Source: Narcine bancroftii
Lineage: Eukaryota
Assembly: GCF_036971445.1 (NCBI RefSeq)
Contig: NC_091471.1
Location: 163,866,001-163,930,000, forward strand
Direction: 5' to 3'
Length of the DNA stretch: 64,000 nt
Part shown: positions 49,601 through 61,600 of the stretch, one piece after another
Numbering within the stretch: position 1 is the stretch's first letter
Layout: every line of letters begins with the position of its first letter
Made by a program: the position numbers and the translations under genes
Notes under the pieces: model-generated
Told to the model about the DNA's origin: nothing
The model's database searches: none
Seen by the model: only the letters and a program-made list of their open reading frames with translations

Positions 49601-51855
49601 TGAGGTGGTGTGTACAAATCCCACTCTTTTTCAAACTGTTGGAACATTAAATTGTAAAACTGGGGTCCATTGTCTGTGAAGACATCGCTTGCCATGTCTG
49701 GTAAATATGGCTTTCATACATGTTATTACACCATCTGCAGTGCTGGTATTCAGTTTACCCACCTCTGGACACAGGGAGTAATAGTCTGACTACAAGATAA
49801 TCCTTCCCTTGACATTTGAATAGGTCAGCGCCTACCTTCTGGTAAGGTCTATATGGAGCTAGGTGTAGCTTTAGTGGTTCTGCAGGATTCCTTGCTTGAT
49901 ATTTCCAGCATATTGAACAGTTTGACACTTCATTTGTTATATCATTGTTGATTCTTGGCCAGTACATCTATCACCTCTCATGCTCTTTTCTTATACTTTT
50001 TGATTCTGAGGTGTCCTCATGGATCTTTTTTAGCATCTATTTTCTCAGATTCTTTGGGATAAGGATTTTACTTCCTTTGTAGATGATATCTTCAACCACT
50101 GATATTTCTGCCCTGCAGTTCCAATACTCTGAAATGTCACGTGAGCAGTCCTGCTTCATGTTGGGCCATCCATCCAAGATGTTTTGTCTCAGTTGTCTCA
50201 GTGTTTCATCTTTGTCTCTGACTTTATGAGCTCCATTTTTGCATCTGATTTTGGCAGTGCACTTATGATCATGTTCACAAAGGCATTCACGGCTTCATCC
50301 ATTTTGGTGTTTGTGGGCTCTCTCGTGTCAACAGCTCTAGACAACATGTCTGCTGTGTACATTAGCTTACCCGGAGTGTATAGCATTGCAGCCTAATCAT
50401 CATTCTTTGTATTCTAAGTGGACATTCATTTAATGGCTTTTAGAACAATACAATCAAGAGCTTATGGTTAGTCTCTACACTGATTGCTTATCCTGGTACA
50501 AACTGATTAAATCTTTCACAGGCATATGTGATGCTGAGCAGCTCCTTTTCAATTTGAGCATCTGACATTGAGCATGATGCATACGCAATGGTTTGCCAGT
50601 CGTCCTATTTTTGCAGAAGAACTGCACTGAGCCCACTATGTGATGCATCTGATGATATCTTGTTGGGTCTCACTGGGTCGTAAAACCTCAGAAATGGTTC
50701 CTCTGTGAGCACTTTCTTTAGTTCACTCCATGACTTTTTGTACTCTTGATTCCACTCCCATTCAATGTTCTTTTCTGTTAGTCTTCTCAATGGAGCCATC
50801 TTTTCTGAGAGGTTACCCATATAGTTTACCATTCCATTAAACCTCTGTACGTCATTTTTGCATTGCGGCCTTTGCATGTTCCCAATGGCGGACGTCTTTC
50901 TGGGATCTGGTCCGATGCCTTCACTGCCAATAATATCTCCTACAAATGTTAGTTCTGTCACCCCAAGCTGGCATTTCTCTCTATTCAGCTTGAGATTTGC
51001 TTTCCTTGTTGCTTCCAGCACTTTCCTTAGTCTCTCATCATGCTCCATTCTTGTGATTCCCATACTATGATTTCATCCCATTGAGGTATCAACTCCATCC
51101 AGGTGCTCATAGACAATATGGATAGTTTTGTGATACACTTCAAGAGCTGAGGCAATTCCCGATGGTAATCTGTATCTGCCACATGGACTATTGAATGTGC
51201 ATGGTCTTGAACTTCCTTCATCCAATTTTAACTGCCAAAATCCTGATGATGCATCTAACTTGCTGAAAAACTTTGCATTTGCAAACTGTTACACGACTTC
51301 TTCATGTGTCAGAAGCTTCAAGTGTTCTCTCTTTATTGCTCTGTTTAGATCTCTTGGATCCAGGCAAATTCTAAGCTTTCCATTCTTTTTGTCCACAACG
51401 ACGAGTGAACTTACCCACTCTGTTGGCTCATCTATCTTCTGAATCACGTTCAGGCTTTCCATCCTGTCCAATGCTGCCTTTAGATGCTTTTGAAGTGAAA
51501 ATTGAACTTTTCTGCATGGATGTATTATTGGTGGCACACATTTATCCACTCTGATCGTTTTTTTCTCCTGGAAGGCAGTCTAGACCCTGAAATAGGTTAT
51601 TGTACTTTTTCATGAGTTCATCATAGACTGTCTCTCCTTCGCTTTCCACCACAAGGACTCTTTTTACCAGGTTCATTTTCTCACAGGCTGTTAAACCTAG
51701 TATGCCCTGTACATCCTATGGTACAACAATGTATGCTAGCATGTGCTCTTTGTCCCTGTGTTTCACTTTGACCATGCATTCTTTTTGCACTAGTATATTG
51801 GTACCTGAATATCCTATCACCTTTACTTTTGTTCCATACATCTTGTTCTAATCTT

Positions 51856-51924
51856 GGGGAGAGAGGGGTGGGGAGAGAGGGGTGGGGAGAGAGGGGTGGG
51901 GAGAGAGGGGGGAAAGAGGGGAGG
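51856..51924 (+). repeat. G-rich tandem repeat (ggggagagaggggt)x3 plus partial copies, G-quadruplex-like
   Basis: Pure purine/G-run array flanked by 15-bp direct repeats tcttgttctaatctt and tcttggtttaatctt. Confidence 0.9.
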
Positions 51925-52961
51925 TCTTGGTTTAATCTTCTTAAAATCTGTCTCTGATATTATGTTAGTTTGTGCTCCAGTATACAATTAAACTAAAATG
52001 TATATGTCATTCATTTTTAATCTCAGCATCCAGTCTCTGTTTTATTTCTTGTTTTCAGTCACCACATCTACATAGAATTCCTCTATATTCCTTTCATCTA
52101 CTGCATGAATCTTGCTTTGTTGTACTTGGTTCCTACAGCAATGGGCATAATGGTTGCCTTTATTGCACATATAGCATGTTTTACCATATGCTGGACACTT
52201 TTTGGTTAAGTGTTATGGACCACATTGATGGTATGGCTTTCGATTGTTCCTTTCACTTTTGTTCACTGGCCACACCTCTCTTTCCACTTTGGCACACTTT
52301 TTAAAAAAGGTTCTATGTCTGTTCTTGCTCAGTGCATCCACCTTGCAGCTAGTTTCACTGAACAGCTCTTTTGCCTGCGTTTTTACAGTTTCTGTAGCCC
52401 TACAGAGTGCTATGGCTTTTTGCAGGTCTAGATTTTACTCTCAGCCAGTCTTTCTCTTAGACTATTATTTGGAATACCACACACAAGTCTGTCTTTTATT
52501 AGTGAGACTGTCATTCCACCAAATTCACATGTTCTTCTTCTGTTTCTCAATTCAGTCACATACTGATCAATACTTTCTTCCATTTTCTGTATACATGTGA
52601 AAAATTTGTGCCTCTCAAACATCATGTTTTGTTTATGTGTGCAGTGTGCCTCAAACTGTTCCATTATTTTTTCTAGTTTCATTTTGTTTCCTTCAGCAGA
52701 AAATGTGAAGTTATTATATACCTCCAGGGCTTCATCCCCCATGACATATAAGAAAACTGATGCTTTCACTTTTCTCGTCAGCTCCGACTGGCACTAAATA
52801 CAATCCAAAATGCTGATTAAATCTGTTCCAATTTTCAGCAACATTACCTGTCAGCTGAAGGTGGATGTAATCCTTGCATTTTTCACTGTGTTAGCTTCTC
52901 TTCACTGATCAGTTGCTGACTTTAAATTTTACCTTTCAAAGGATTCCTTCTAATTTTCCTC

Positions 52962-52979
52962 ATCTCACTTCTGACACCA
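52962..52979 (-). promoter_or_regulatory. Primer-binding site (tRNA-Leu type)
   Basis: Minus strand tggtgtcagaagtgagat immediately after the 5' LTR; complementary to the tRNA-Leu 3' end (...ACTTCTGACACCA). Confidence 0.85.
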
Positions 52980-54089
52980 TGTTTCATCTTGCATTCATAT
53001 GTGTGAGTTCTTAGACAACAAATGGATTAAGGAAAATGTTCTTTACTTTAAAGATGATATAAACAGCTCCATTAGGCATGCTATGAGGATGTAAGTCTCC
53101 ATTATAGGGCTTATATACTGCAGTGACCTGCTCTGTGTGTCAACGCCCTGCTGGCAGCCAAGTCTAATCAAATGGTAAGGAATTGCTAGTTGCATTGCAA
53201 CTGTGGTCATTATCATTATAAAAATCACTGGTTTATATGATGTGAAATGATACAATGCCTTTATTTTCATTTAAGACCAGACTGTAAAACAGAACACAGT
53301 AATAAACAAAATAACATTCCTCTAAACCATAATGCTGTCAATACATCATGAGATTACACAAAAACGATGTCGACAACACAAGACTAAGCCATTACTACAT
53401 CAGGCAAAACAAGGAGAAAAACAAACTACACGCGACTGAAACAGACTTTTACAGAGCTACATACTGAATAAAAATACACAGTGCAAACAACACAGCAAAA
53501 GATGAGAAAAACAGCTATACAATAGTCACAGCAGAGACAAGTTACATTTTTGTAGCCCTAGATTTAAAAAAATCTAGTAACTTGAAGTGAAGAACAACCA
53601 CACTGTTTACATGTCTATACAGGTCCACAAACTTTTGCCCAGTAGCGAAAAAGAGACCCAATGACCACCTTGCTGGCCCCATCATTTCCCTTAGGGCCCC
53701 ACTGTCCAAGACAGCACAGCTTCCCAAACATCTGGGCCCAGCATCCATCATGGCTGCTCTAGGCTCCCCGACACTTCCACCACAAAACACACAGACCTTC
53801 AGCCAGGTGCACGACACAGTCCACTCCAGCACACCTCTGCAAAGCATGCCACAGCGTCTCCATCTCGGCCACTAGCAGTAAACAACATCAAAGTCTGGAG
53901 GCCTTATCCCCACAAAAGAGGACCGCGCACACAGCAGACCAGGCTGAGCAGTTCCGCGGCTTTCTTCTTTAGTTCTGTACTTTACTTCGTGGTTCACACA
54001 TTTCCACAGCTCCACATCTACATAGTGCTCTGGCGTCCAATGTTCACCAATTAAGAATTGTTGCACGACACCTTACTTAACCATTGTGT

Positions 54090-54638
54090 TCTTTCTTTGG
54101 CTTGGCTTCGTGGATGAAGATTTATGGAGGGGTAATGTCCACATCAGCTGCAGGCTCGTTTGTGGCTGACAAGTCTGATGCGGGACAGGCAGACACGGTT
54201 GCAGCGGTTGCAAGGGAAAATTGGTTGGTTGGGGCTGGGTGTTGGGTTTTTCCTCCTTTGTCTTTTGTCAGTGAGGTGGGCTCTGCGGTCTTCTTCAAAG
54301 GAGATTGCTGCCCGCCAAACTGTGAGGCGCCAAGATGCACGGTTTGAAGCGATATCAGCCCACTGGTGGTGGTCAATGTGGCAGGCACTAAGAGATTTCT
54401 TTAGGCAGTCCTTGTACCTCTTCTTTGGTGCACCTCTGTCTCGGTGGCCAGTGGAGAGCTCGCCATATAACACAATCTTGGGAAGGTGATGGTCTTCCAC
54501 TCTGGAGACGTGACCTACCCAATGCAGTTGGATCTTCAGCAGCGTGGATTCTATGCTGTCGGCCTCTGCCATCTCGAGTACTTCGATGTTGGTGATGAAG
54601 TCGCTCCAATGAATGTTGAGGATGGAGCGGAGACAACA
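54090..54638 (-). mobile_element. 5'-truncated RTE LINE, same family as 33124
   Basis: Nearly identical protein (QLHWVGHVSRVEDHHLPKIVLYGEL...); 7-bp TSD attgtgt (54083-54089 / 54639-54645). Confidence 0.95.
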
Positions 54639-54727
54639 ATTGTGTAGCATCAATTTAAAAAGTCACTCCAGCCACTGCTGCACTGCCATCAATAAAATAA
54701 AAATATCAATAAAAATATCTTTTATAC

Positions 54728-54862
54728 AAGACTCTTAGGCGCATGGATGAAAGAAAAATAGAGGGTGATGAGGTAGAAAAGGTTTTGTATTTCTCGGTAG
54801 GAAAAGATAGGTCAACACAACATTGTGGGCCAAAGGCTCTGTACTGTGCTGTAATGTTCTAT
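54728..54862 (+). mobile_element. CR1 3' tail (continuation of the 38585 fragment)
   Basis: aagactcttaggcgcatggatg...gtgggccaaaggctctgtactgtgctgtaatgttctat. Confidence 0.8.
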
Positions 54863-55632
54863 AGGCTTCAAAAATTAGCAAATCTGATGCTTTCTATTCA
54901 CAATTTTTCAATCTCTTATAATTTTACAATGTTCTCTGTCTCATCAAGTGGCTCAGTCTTGGGAGCTGTTCCACTCTCATGACAGAAAAGGCAAACTAAG
55001 AATTTTGTTAGAATGTTATCCCTTTTGACCACTGCTTCACAATAAATGTGCATCCCATTGATCTTCTGCTAAAGATACAGGAAAATCTCTTGGGAATGAA
55101 CTATAGTCAGTCCAGATTTAACTACTGTTGTTATTTAGAGAATACCAGGCTTGTCAGTGAGTATTTAGAGAAATGGAAATTGGTTCATACTAATGAAATT
55201 GACCTATTAATAATGAGGTCAACCGATACTGCCAGCAGTTTATTCTAATCATCTGAGGTCTGGCCAGCTCCTGGGGATTGGTGTTGTACTTACTTGTTTG
55301 ACAAGCTATTCCTTGTTTGATGGATATGTCTGCATTAACATTTGACCTCATTCCCCTTGCTAGTCTAGAATGGGTGAGTGTTTCATGTCACCTGCCAATG
55401 GGACTGAATTTGTGGGTTCTGATTCCTTCCAGAAAACAGAGCGCTAAATTGAAGTTGACACAAAGTGACGGTGCTGAGGTACTATTGTTATGCAGGCCTT
55501 TCTTTCTTTCGTGGGTAGTTTGGGTGCCAAGAAGTCATGGAGAAGTATAAGACTGTGCCATAAATCACATTGAATTTTAACTGAAAATGGGACTGCTTTC
55601 TAGTGGCTAATTAGTAAAGACAGCAAATACAA

Positions 55633-58600
55633 TGTCGGCAATCATTTTGAGAGGACTTCAACATAAAAACAGTGTAGACAGCCACTTTTATTGGCTGTCT
55701 GCACCCGCTGCAGCCACTGTACTTGCTTCAATGCTATTGTGCATGCGTGAGTCTCCGTGAAGCGTACTAGTTGAAAAGGAGACGGAGCTTGGCTGGTAGC
55801 AGATGCCATTTCCAGCGGCTCCTGTTATACATTGTATGGCTGAATTTAACAGTAAAGCATTCGTCAGAGGTTGCCGTTTTGTGTTGTCTGGTTATTTGAT
55901 GTAACAACATGGTGTCAGAAGTCTGAACCTGAAGCTTTCAAGTGAAAAGTGAGTAACCAATGCCACATTTGCATCACATTTGTGACTGCGCCATAACAGC
56001 AGATAGACTCAAAAGGCATGACCCGCTCGTGTTTGAAGGCAATATGGCCGAGAATTGGCACATATGCGAACAAGAATATGATATTTTCATTGCAGCAGTG
56101 CATAGTGATAAGTCTGCCTGAGTCAAAGCATACAGTTTACTAAATTTAGCAGACTCTGAGGCCATCAAAAAGGAAAGATCATTCGTATATGCAAACAATG
56201 TTCTTGAAGGTGGTATCATTATTAGCCCTGCTGAGTTAATAGAGGACCCCAAGTGTTTAAAAAGAAATTTTTAAGAAGTGTGCAATCCGCAAAAGTACTT
56301 AACAATGGAAAGGCACAGATTTAATACTAGAAACCAGAGGCCTGGCGAGTTGATTCACTCATAAGTTAGTGACATAAAAATTAGGGCAATGACCTGAGAC
56401 TTCGGAGCGCTCTGTGATGAGTTGATTAAAGATAGGATGGTCTGTGGCATCTGCAAAGAAGGCATGAGAAAGGCACTGCTGCATGATAATGAACTAACAC
56501 TCGCAAAGGCTATCTCCACGTGTCGTACTTACAAAACCACAGAACCACAGAAAAGAACAGCAGAAAGCTAGCCCCTCCGTAGCAGCAAGACACGAGCATA
56601 GACTGCAGTCCAGGTGGGAACCCAGAAGAAGACGAAGCCAACCAAGCCCTGCTACACTCACTCAGGATGGACTGTTGCAAATGTGGCGGCGACCGTGTGG
56701 CAAGACGAGAGATGTATCTGGCATTTGGCCAGCAGTGCAGAGCATGCAGAAAATGGAACTCACCCTGAAACCCAGATACAGAGGGATGATTAACCAGTTG
56801 GAACCTGAGCAAGGACAACCAACTCATGATGAGTATTATGTTGATAGATTGACTGCAGATGGAAGGAAAGCCAATAAGAATCAGAAGGAATAGCATTTGA
56901 AACAATGAAGATCAATGGCAAAGCAGCAGACATGAAAGTTGATACTGGAGCCAAATTCAATGTCTTATCTTGAAGAACATTCAACCTACTGAGGAAGTCA
57001 GAACAGGTCATACCATGCTCCAAGTCCACAAGTATAATGACATAAGGGTGGAGCAAAATTAGAACCGATGTGTGACTACGGTACTATGTTCAAGGACAGC
57101 TGCGCATACTAACTTTTTTCATAGTCCAAGAAGCCGTCCTGCCTCTGTTTGGCCTGAGCGCAAGCATGGACTTAGGTTTTGTTTCATTCAGCAGAGAGGT
57201 ACACCAGATAAGTTAGGCTGAAGATGATCTGACGCACAGAATTTTTTTTTGAGTACAGTGGCCTTTTTGCTGAAGAACTGGGAAAAGTGCCAGTGACATA
57301 CTCCATGAAACTCGACCCAGAAGTGAGGCCCACGGTTCATCCGGCACGCTGTATACCAATAGCAATGAAGAACAGGGTTAAGGCTGAGCTGGACAGGATC
57401 CAGGACCTGGGTGTGATTACCCCAATCTTCGAGACACTGAGTGGATGTCCTCCATGGTGGCTGTTAAGAAAAAATACGGACAGGAGCTCCAGATCTGCAT
57501 CAACCCAAGAGACCTCAATACAGCTTTAAAGTGACCATACCATTCAATGCGTACTGTGCAGGAAGTTGCCGCGCAGATGGCCGACACAACTATTTTTTTC
57601 CGTTTTGGACGCAAAGAATTCCTGCTTGCAAATCAAACTTGATTACAAGTCATCACTGCTGACCACATTCAGCACAAATTTCAGCCGATACAGATTCCTG
57701 CGAATGCCATTTGGAATCAATTCAGCCAGTGAAATATTTCAAAGATCAATAGCACAAATCTTTGCGGGATATCCCTGTATCTTCATTATTGATGACATAC
57801 TTGTAGATGGCAAAGACCTGAAAGCACATGACACAAATTTTAAAAAGGTACTTGACAAAACCCAGAAGATTAATCTTAAGCTCAACCCCTGTAAGTGCAG
57901 GTTTTGGCTAAACCAGGTCGGTTATGTTGGCAATCAGTGAAATGCTGGTACTGACAAACATGACAGTGCTACATTTCCTGGGCATGGTCAACTACCTGAG
58001 CAAGCTCATTCCGAACACCATTGATCAAGGACAGCTAAGGCAATTGACGCATAAAGATGTGGTTTGGTCCTGGCAGGTGCAACAACAAAACGCATTCCAT
58101 GCATTAAAAAGACATATGTCATACCACCTGTCCTATCATATGCAGACCAATCATGCTAACCTGTGATGTGTCACAGTACAGTCTGGATGCAGTATGCCTG
58201 CAGGATGGAAAACCAGAGGCCTATGCATCCAAGTCACTCATCACCACGGAGACCAGATATGGCCAAATAGAGAAGGAGTTGTTGGCAATAGTTTTCACCT
58301 GCTCAAAATTTAACAACCACATTTATGGTAGACCAGTGACTGTAGAGACAGACAACTTACCTCTGGTCACAATTCTGAAAAAGCCAATCCACGCATCCCC
58401 TGCACAATTACAGAGAATGATGCTCAGGCTTCAGATATACAATGTGAGATTAGTTTACAAGTGTGGAAAAGTAGTGCACTTAGCCGATGTGCTATCTCAT
58501 GCTGCCATAAAAGGCACGATTCAGCAAGCTGAGGAAGAGGACATGTTTAATATAATGAATGTAACGACTCCTCCTCCTCCTGGTTGGATGAACTGAGACA

Positions 58601-61600
58601 GCTCATGGCTGAAGATACAACTTTGAGGACCCTGAGCACTTTTATCAAGAGCGGTTTGCCTGACAAGCAGCGCAGGCTACCACCTGAAGTGAACCCTACT
58701 TCCCATTCGGGGATAAATTATTCATCGGTGACTGTGGTGATACACCACTAGCCTACTGCAGGGGGTGACCTGTGTACCTGCAGGAAGAGCACTGGAGGAC
58801 AAGACAACACCTGGCCGGCTGTCAATCAGCCAACCTGAATGGACCAAGCCCCACCCAGTCAGCTGCCAATCATCCACCGGGATATAAGCCACATCCGGCA
58901 CCTCGAGGTCAGTCACATGGAGCCAGCACAGCTAACCACAGCTAACTCCAGCAGGGACTTTAAGTGGAACCAGCCTGTTGATCAGTCTTTAAGTCTTGTG
59001 TCTGCTTTCCGTATGACAGCGCACCACAATTTATTCCACTTAAAATTTTAAGCTGCTATGGAATAGCTCCTAAGTGCCAAGAGACTCAAAGTCAACCCAC
59101 ATCACCTAAAAGCGCAAGCATGCTTCGAAATCTGGAGGCACATGGTTGAACCAATCATCGAGTCACATGCCAACGTCCTAGACTCCGACAGGGAAAAGCT
59201 CATCCTGCTCCGCTTGAAGTTGGGTCCCTGAACCTTCCAGGCCCTCAAGGAATGCACTGAGTACTCGAGGTGATGAAAACCCTGGAAACTATGTATAAAC
59301 CTCCAATGAATGTGGTCTTTGCCAGGTACCTTATAAGTATTCATGTCCAGCAGCCCGGAGAGACAGCCGAGTCTAACCTGGGAGCCCTGCGTGAGTTTGC
59401 CCGACCATGCATGGCAGAACCTGGGGTGACCAAAAAGGAGGTCGAAAGGTTGATCAGGGAAACATACGTCCAAGGTCTGTGCTTGAGAACCATAAGGCAA
59501 AATCTGATGAAGGACAATATTTACTCCCTGGCCAAAATTGCGAAGTAGTCCAAGCCCTGGAGGCAGCAGTCCTACAAACCAAAGCCTTTGACTCCAGTCT
59601 CCCCCAGGTCTCGTTGTGGACAGCACAGACTGCAGCTGTGGTCCAAAACCAGGTGGTGGATGAGAGCATAGCTGCCGCGGGTGCCCCACGTCCTTGTAAA
59701 TACTGGAGGTCCTGATGTGGGTCTGATCGACAGTCGCGTCGAAACTGCCCAGCCGGGAATCAATTCTACTCAAAATGCGGCAAGAAAGGACACTATGCCA
59801 AGGTATCCCTTTCTAAGCCCACCGGCAGCTCAGCAGCCCTCTACGATCAACACCTCCCCTCCCTCCTCGTCCCAGCCACATGCGATTGCCGGGCAGCTCC
59901 ATTGCCCCCGCAGCTACTTTTGGCCTCCCCAGCCTCGGCAGCCCTACTTCCAGCCTCGCTGGCAATGATCACCATGTGCTCACCATGCATCCAGACCAGC
60001 CCCCGGCCATACCAGCGCCACCCCACTAAGACGCCACATCCGCGGACTACAATTACGTCACTTCCGCATCACAGAGTGATGTCAATTCCGCTACCCACGA
60101 CGACATCACCGGCACAGACAGACAACGGCATAACATCACTTCCTCCAGTGCAGCCAAAAAGAAAGGCCAGCCGTGCTGCCACCACGCACCCCCATGTGGA
60201 GCAGCCATATTGCGCTGGGCGGGCGCAGACACCACAGCAACCCAGGGCCTCCTAGGCCTACACGAGCACGGATGACGATGTGCTCAACATAGGCAGTGAC
60301 CAGGCCGCCCTCCTGAAGCACCCCACACCTGCGGATTCTGCCGATCGCTACCCACTGCACCCCACGCCTATGGAGAGTGTCACCGGCCAACAGTCACCCC
60401 TCTCGTCGCTCCCCACGCTTGCAGAGGACAACATCGGCCGCAACTCGCCTTCACCGTCAGGGAACTGCATCTCAGACCTTGAAATGGTCCTAGCAGCCAC
60501 AAGGCTGACCAGAGACATCCCTCACAGCCTCGGGTGCTCCATGATGGACGTCTAGATCAACGGGCAGCTAACAAAGTGCCTATTCAACAGTGACAGCACC
60601 GAGAGCTTTAATCACCCAAATGTGGCCCGCTCTCTGAAACTCAAAATCCACCCCACCACCTTCTTTATCACCTTCGCCGCCCAGGACCGAACCATTAACA
60701 CCCTCGGGTGCTGCTCTGCTGATATGACTGTGATGAAGGATACATACACCGGGTCATCCCCAAACTCTGCGCCCCAGTCCTCCTGGGCTTAGACTTTCAA
60801 TGTCACCTGCAGAGCATCACCCTCACCTTCAGGGGGTCCTACCCCCACTCAAGCTCCACAATACTCCGTCCAACCAGACCCGGCCAACCTGCGGCCTCTT
60901 CGCATCACCCCTTATGCCCTCTTTTCACATCTCACACCAGGCTGCAAGCCAATAGCTACCAGATGTAGGCACTATTGCACAGCAGATGGAGACTTTATCA
61001 AGGCAGAGGTGCAGCAGCTTCTGGTGGAAGGTGTCTTAGAGCCCAGCAACAGCCCATGGAGAGCCCAAATCTTGGTGGTCAAAGGGGCCAGTAAGCCGAG
61101 GATGGTCATAGATTACAGTCAGACCATCAACTGGTACACCCAACTGGATGCCTACCCCTTACCAAGGATAGCTGACATGGTCAATAAGATAGCCCGCTAC
61201 AGGGTCTTCTCCACAACTGACCTGAAGTCAGCCTATCACCAACTCCCCATCCACCCGTGGGACAAGCCCTACACTGGCTTCGAGGTGGATGGGCACCTCC
61301 AGTTTCGCTGAGTTCCATTTGGGGTCACGAACGGGGTCTCTATCTTGCAGTGGGAGATGAATCGCATGGTAGACCGGCACAAACTAAAAGCGACCGTCCC
61401 TTACCTGGATAATGTCACTATCTATGGCCATGACCAGCAGAACCATGATGCCAACCTGGAGAAATTTGTCTGGACAGCCGATGAGCTGAAGCTCATGTAC
61501 AATAAAGAGAAGTACATGTTCAGCACCACCCGCCTCACCATCCTGAGGTAAATCGTGGCACATGGTGTCATCAGCCCGGATCCAGAACGGATGCACCTAT

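Larger units (their letters stand above)
48544..53220 (-). mobile_element. Two-LTR Gypsy element, decayed (LTRs 48544-48784 and 52980-53220)
   Basis: Paired LTRs of about 240 bp, perfect 5-bp TSD aaaat, tRNA-Leu-type PBS, PPT aagaaagagaaa. gag ESIDQYVTELR; RT LRICLDPRDLNRAIKRE; IN YWPRIN..CSIC, KSNGLVEKSVQTVK. Confidence 0.95.
48190..53230. mobile_element. hAT (Charlie-like) composite MITE whose right TIR is split by a Gypsy
   Basis: Left end cagaggttttcaaac; right end gtttgaaaat|[Gypsy]|cactg; 8-bp TSD gtttatac (48182-48189) / gtttatat (53231-53238). Confidence 0.85.
38955..54727 (+). mobile_element. Originally full-length L1-clade LINE (5' UTR, ORF1, ORF2, 3' tail), expanded by nested insertions
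   Basis: ORF1 MENRSR*DNIR..LPE, CERAH, YPAKL (39100-39900). ORF2 IQETHL, LINVYGPNYD, GGDFNLVLDP, KALGPDAFP, SYRPLSLLNSDYKILSK, DVEKAFDR, SLIGRVN, CWRC-like knuckle (43590-47940). Perfect 13-bp TSD aagactcttaggc at 38942-38954 and 54728-54740. Confidence 0.9.

Noticed and set aside
59102-59773. Longest ORF in the track (223 aa, minus strand) as a novel gene
   Set aside because: It is antisense to Gypsy gag in GC-rich sequence and has no recognisable domain.
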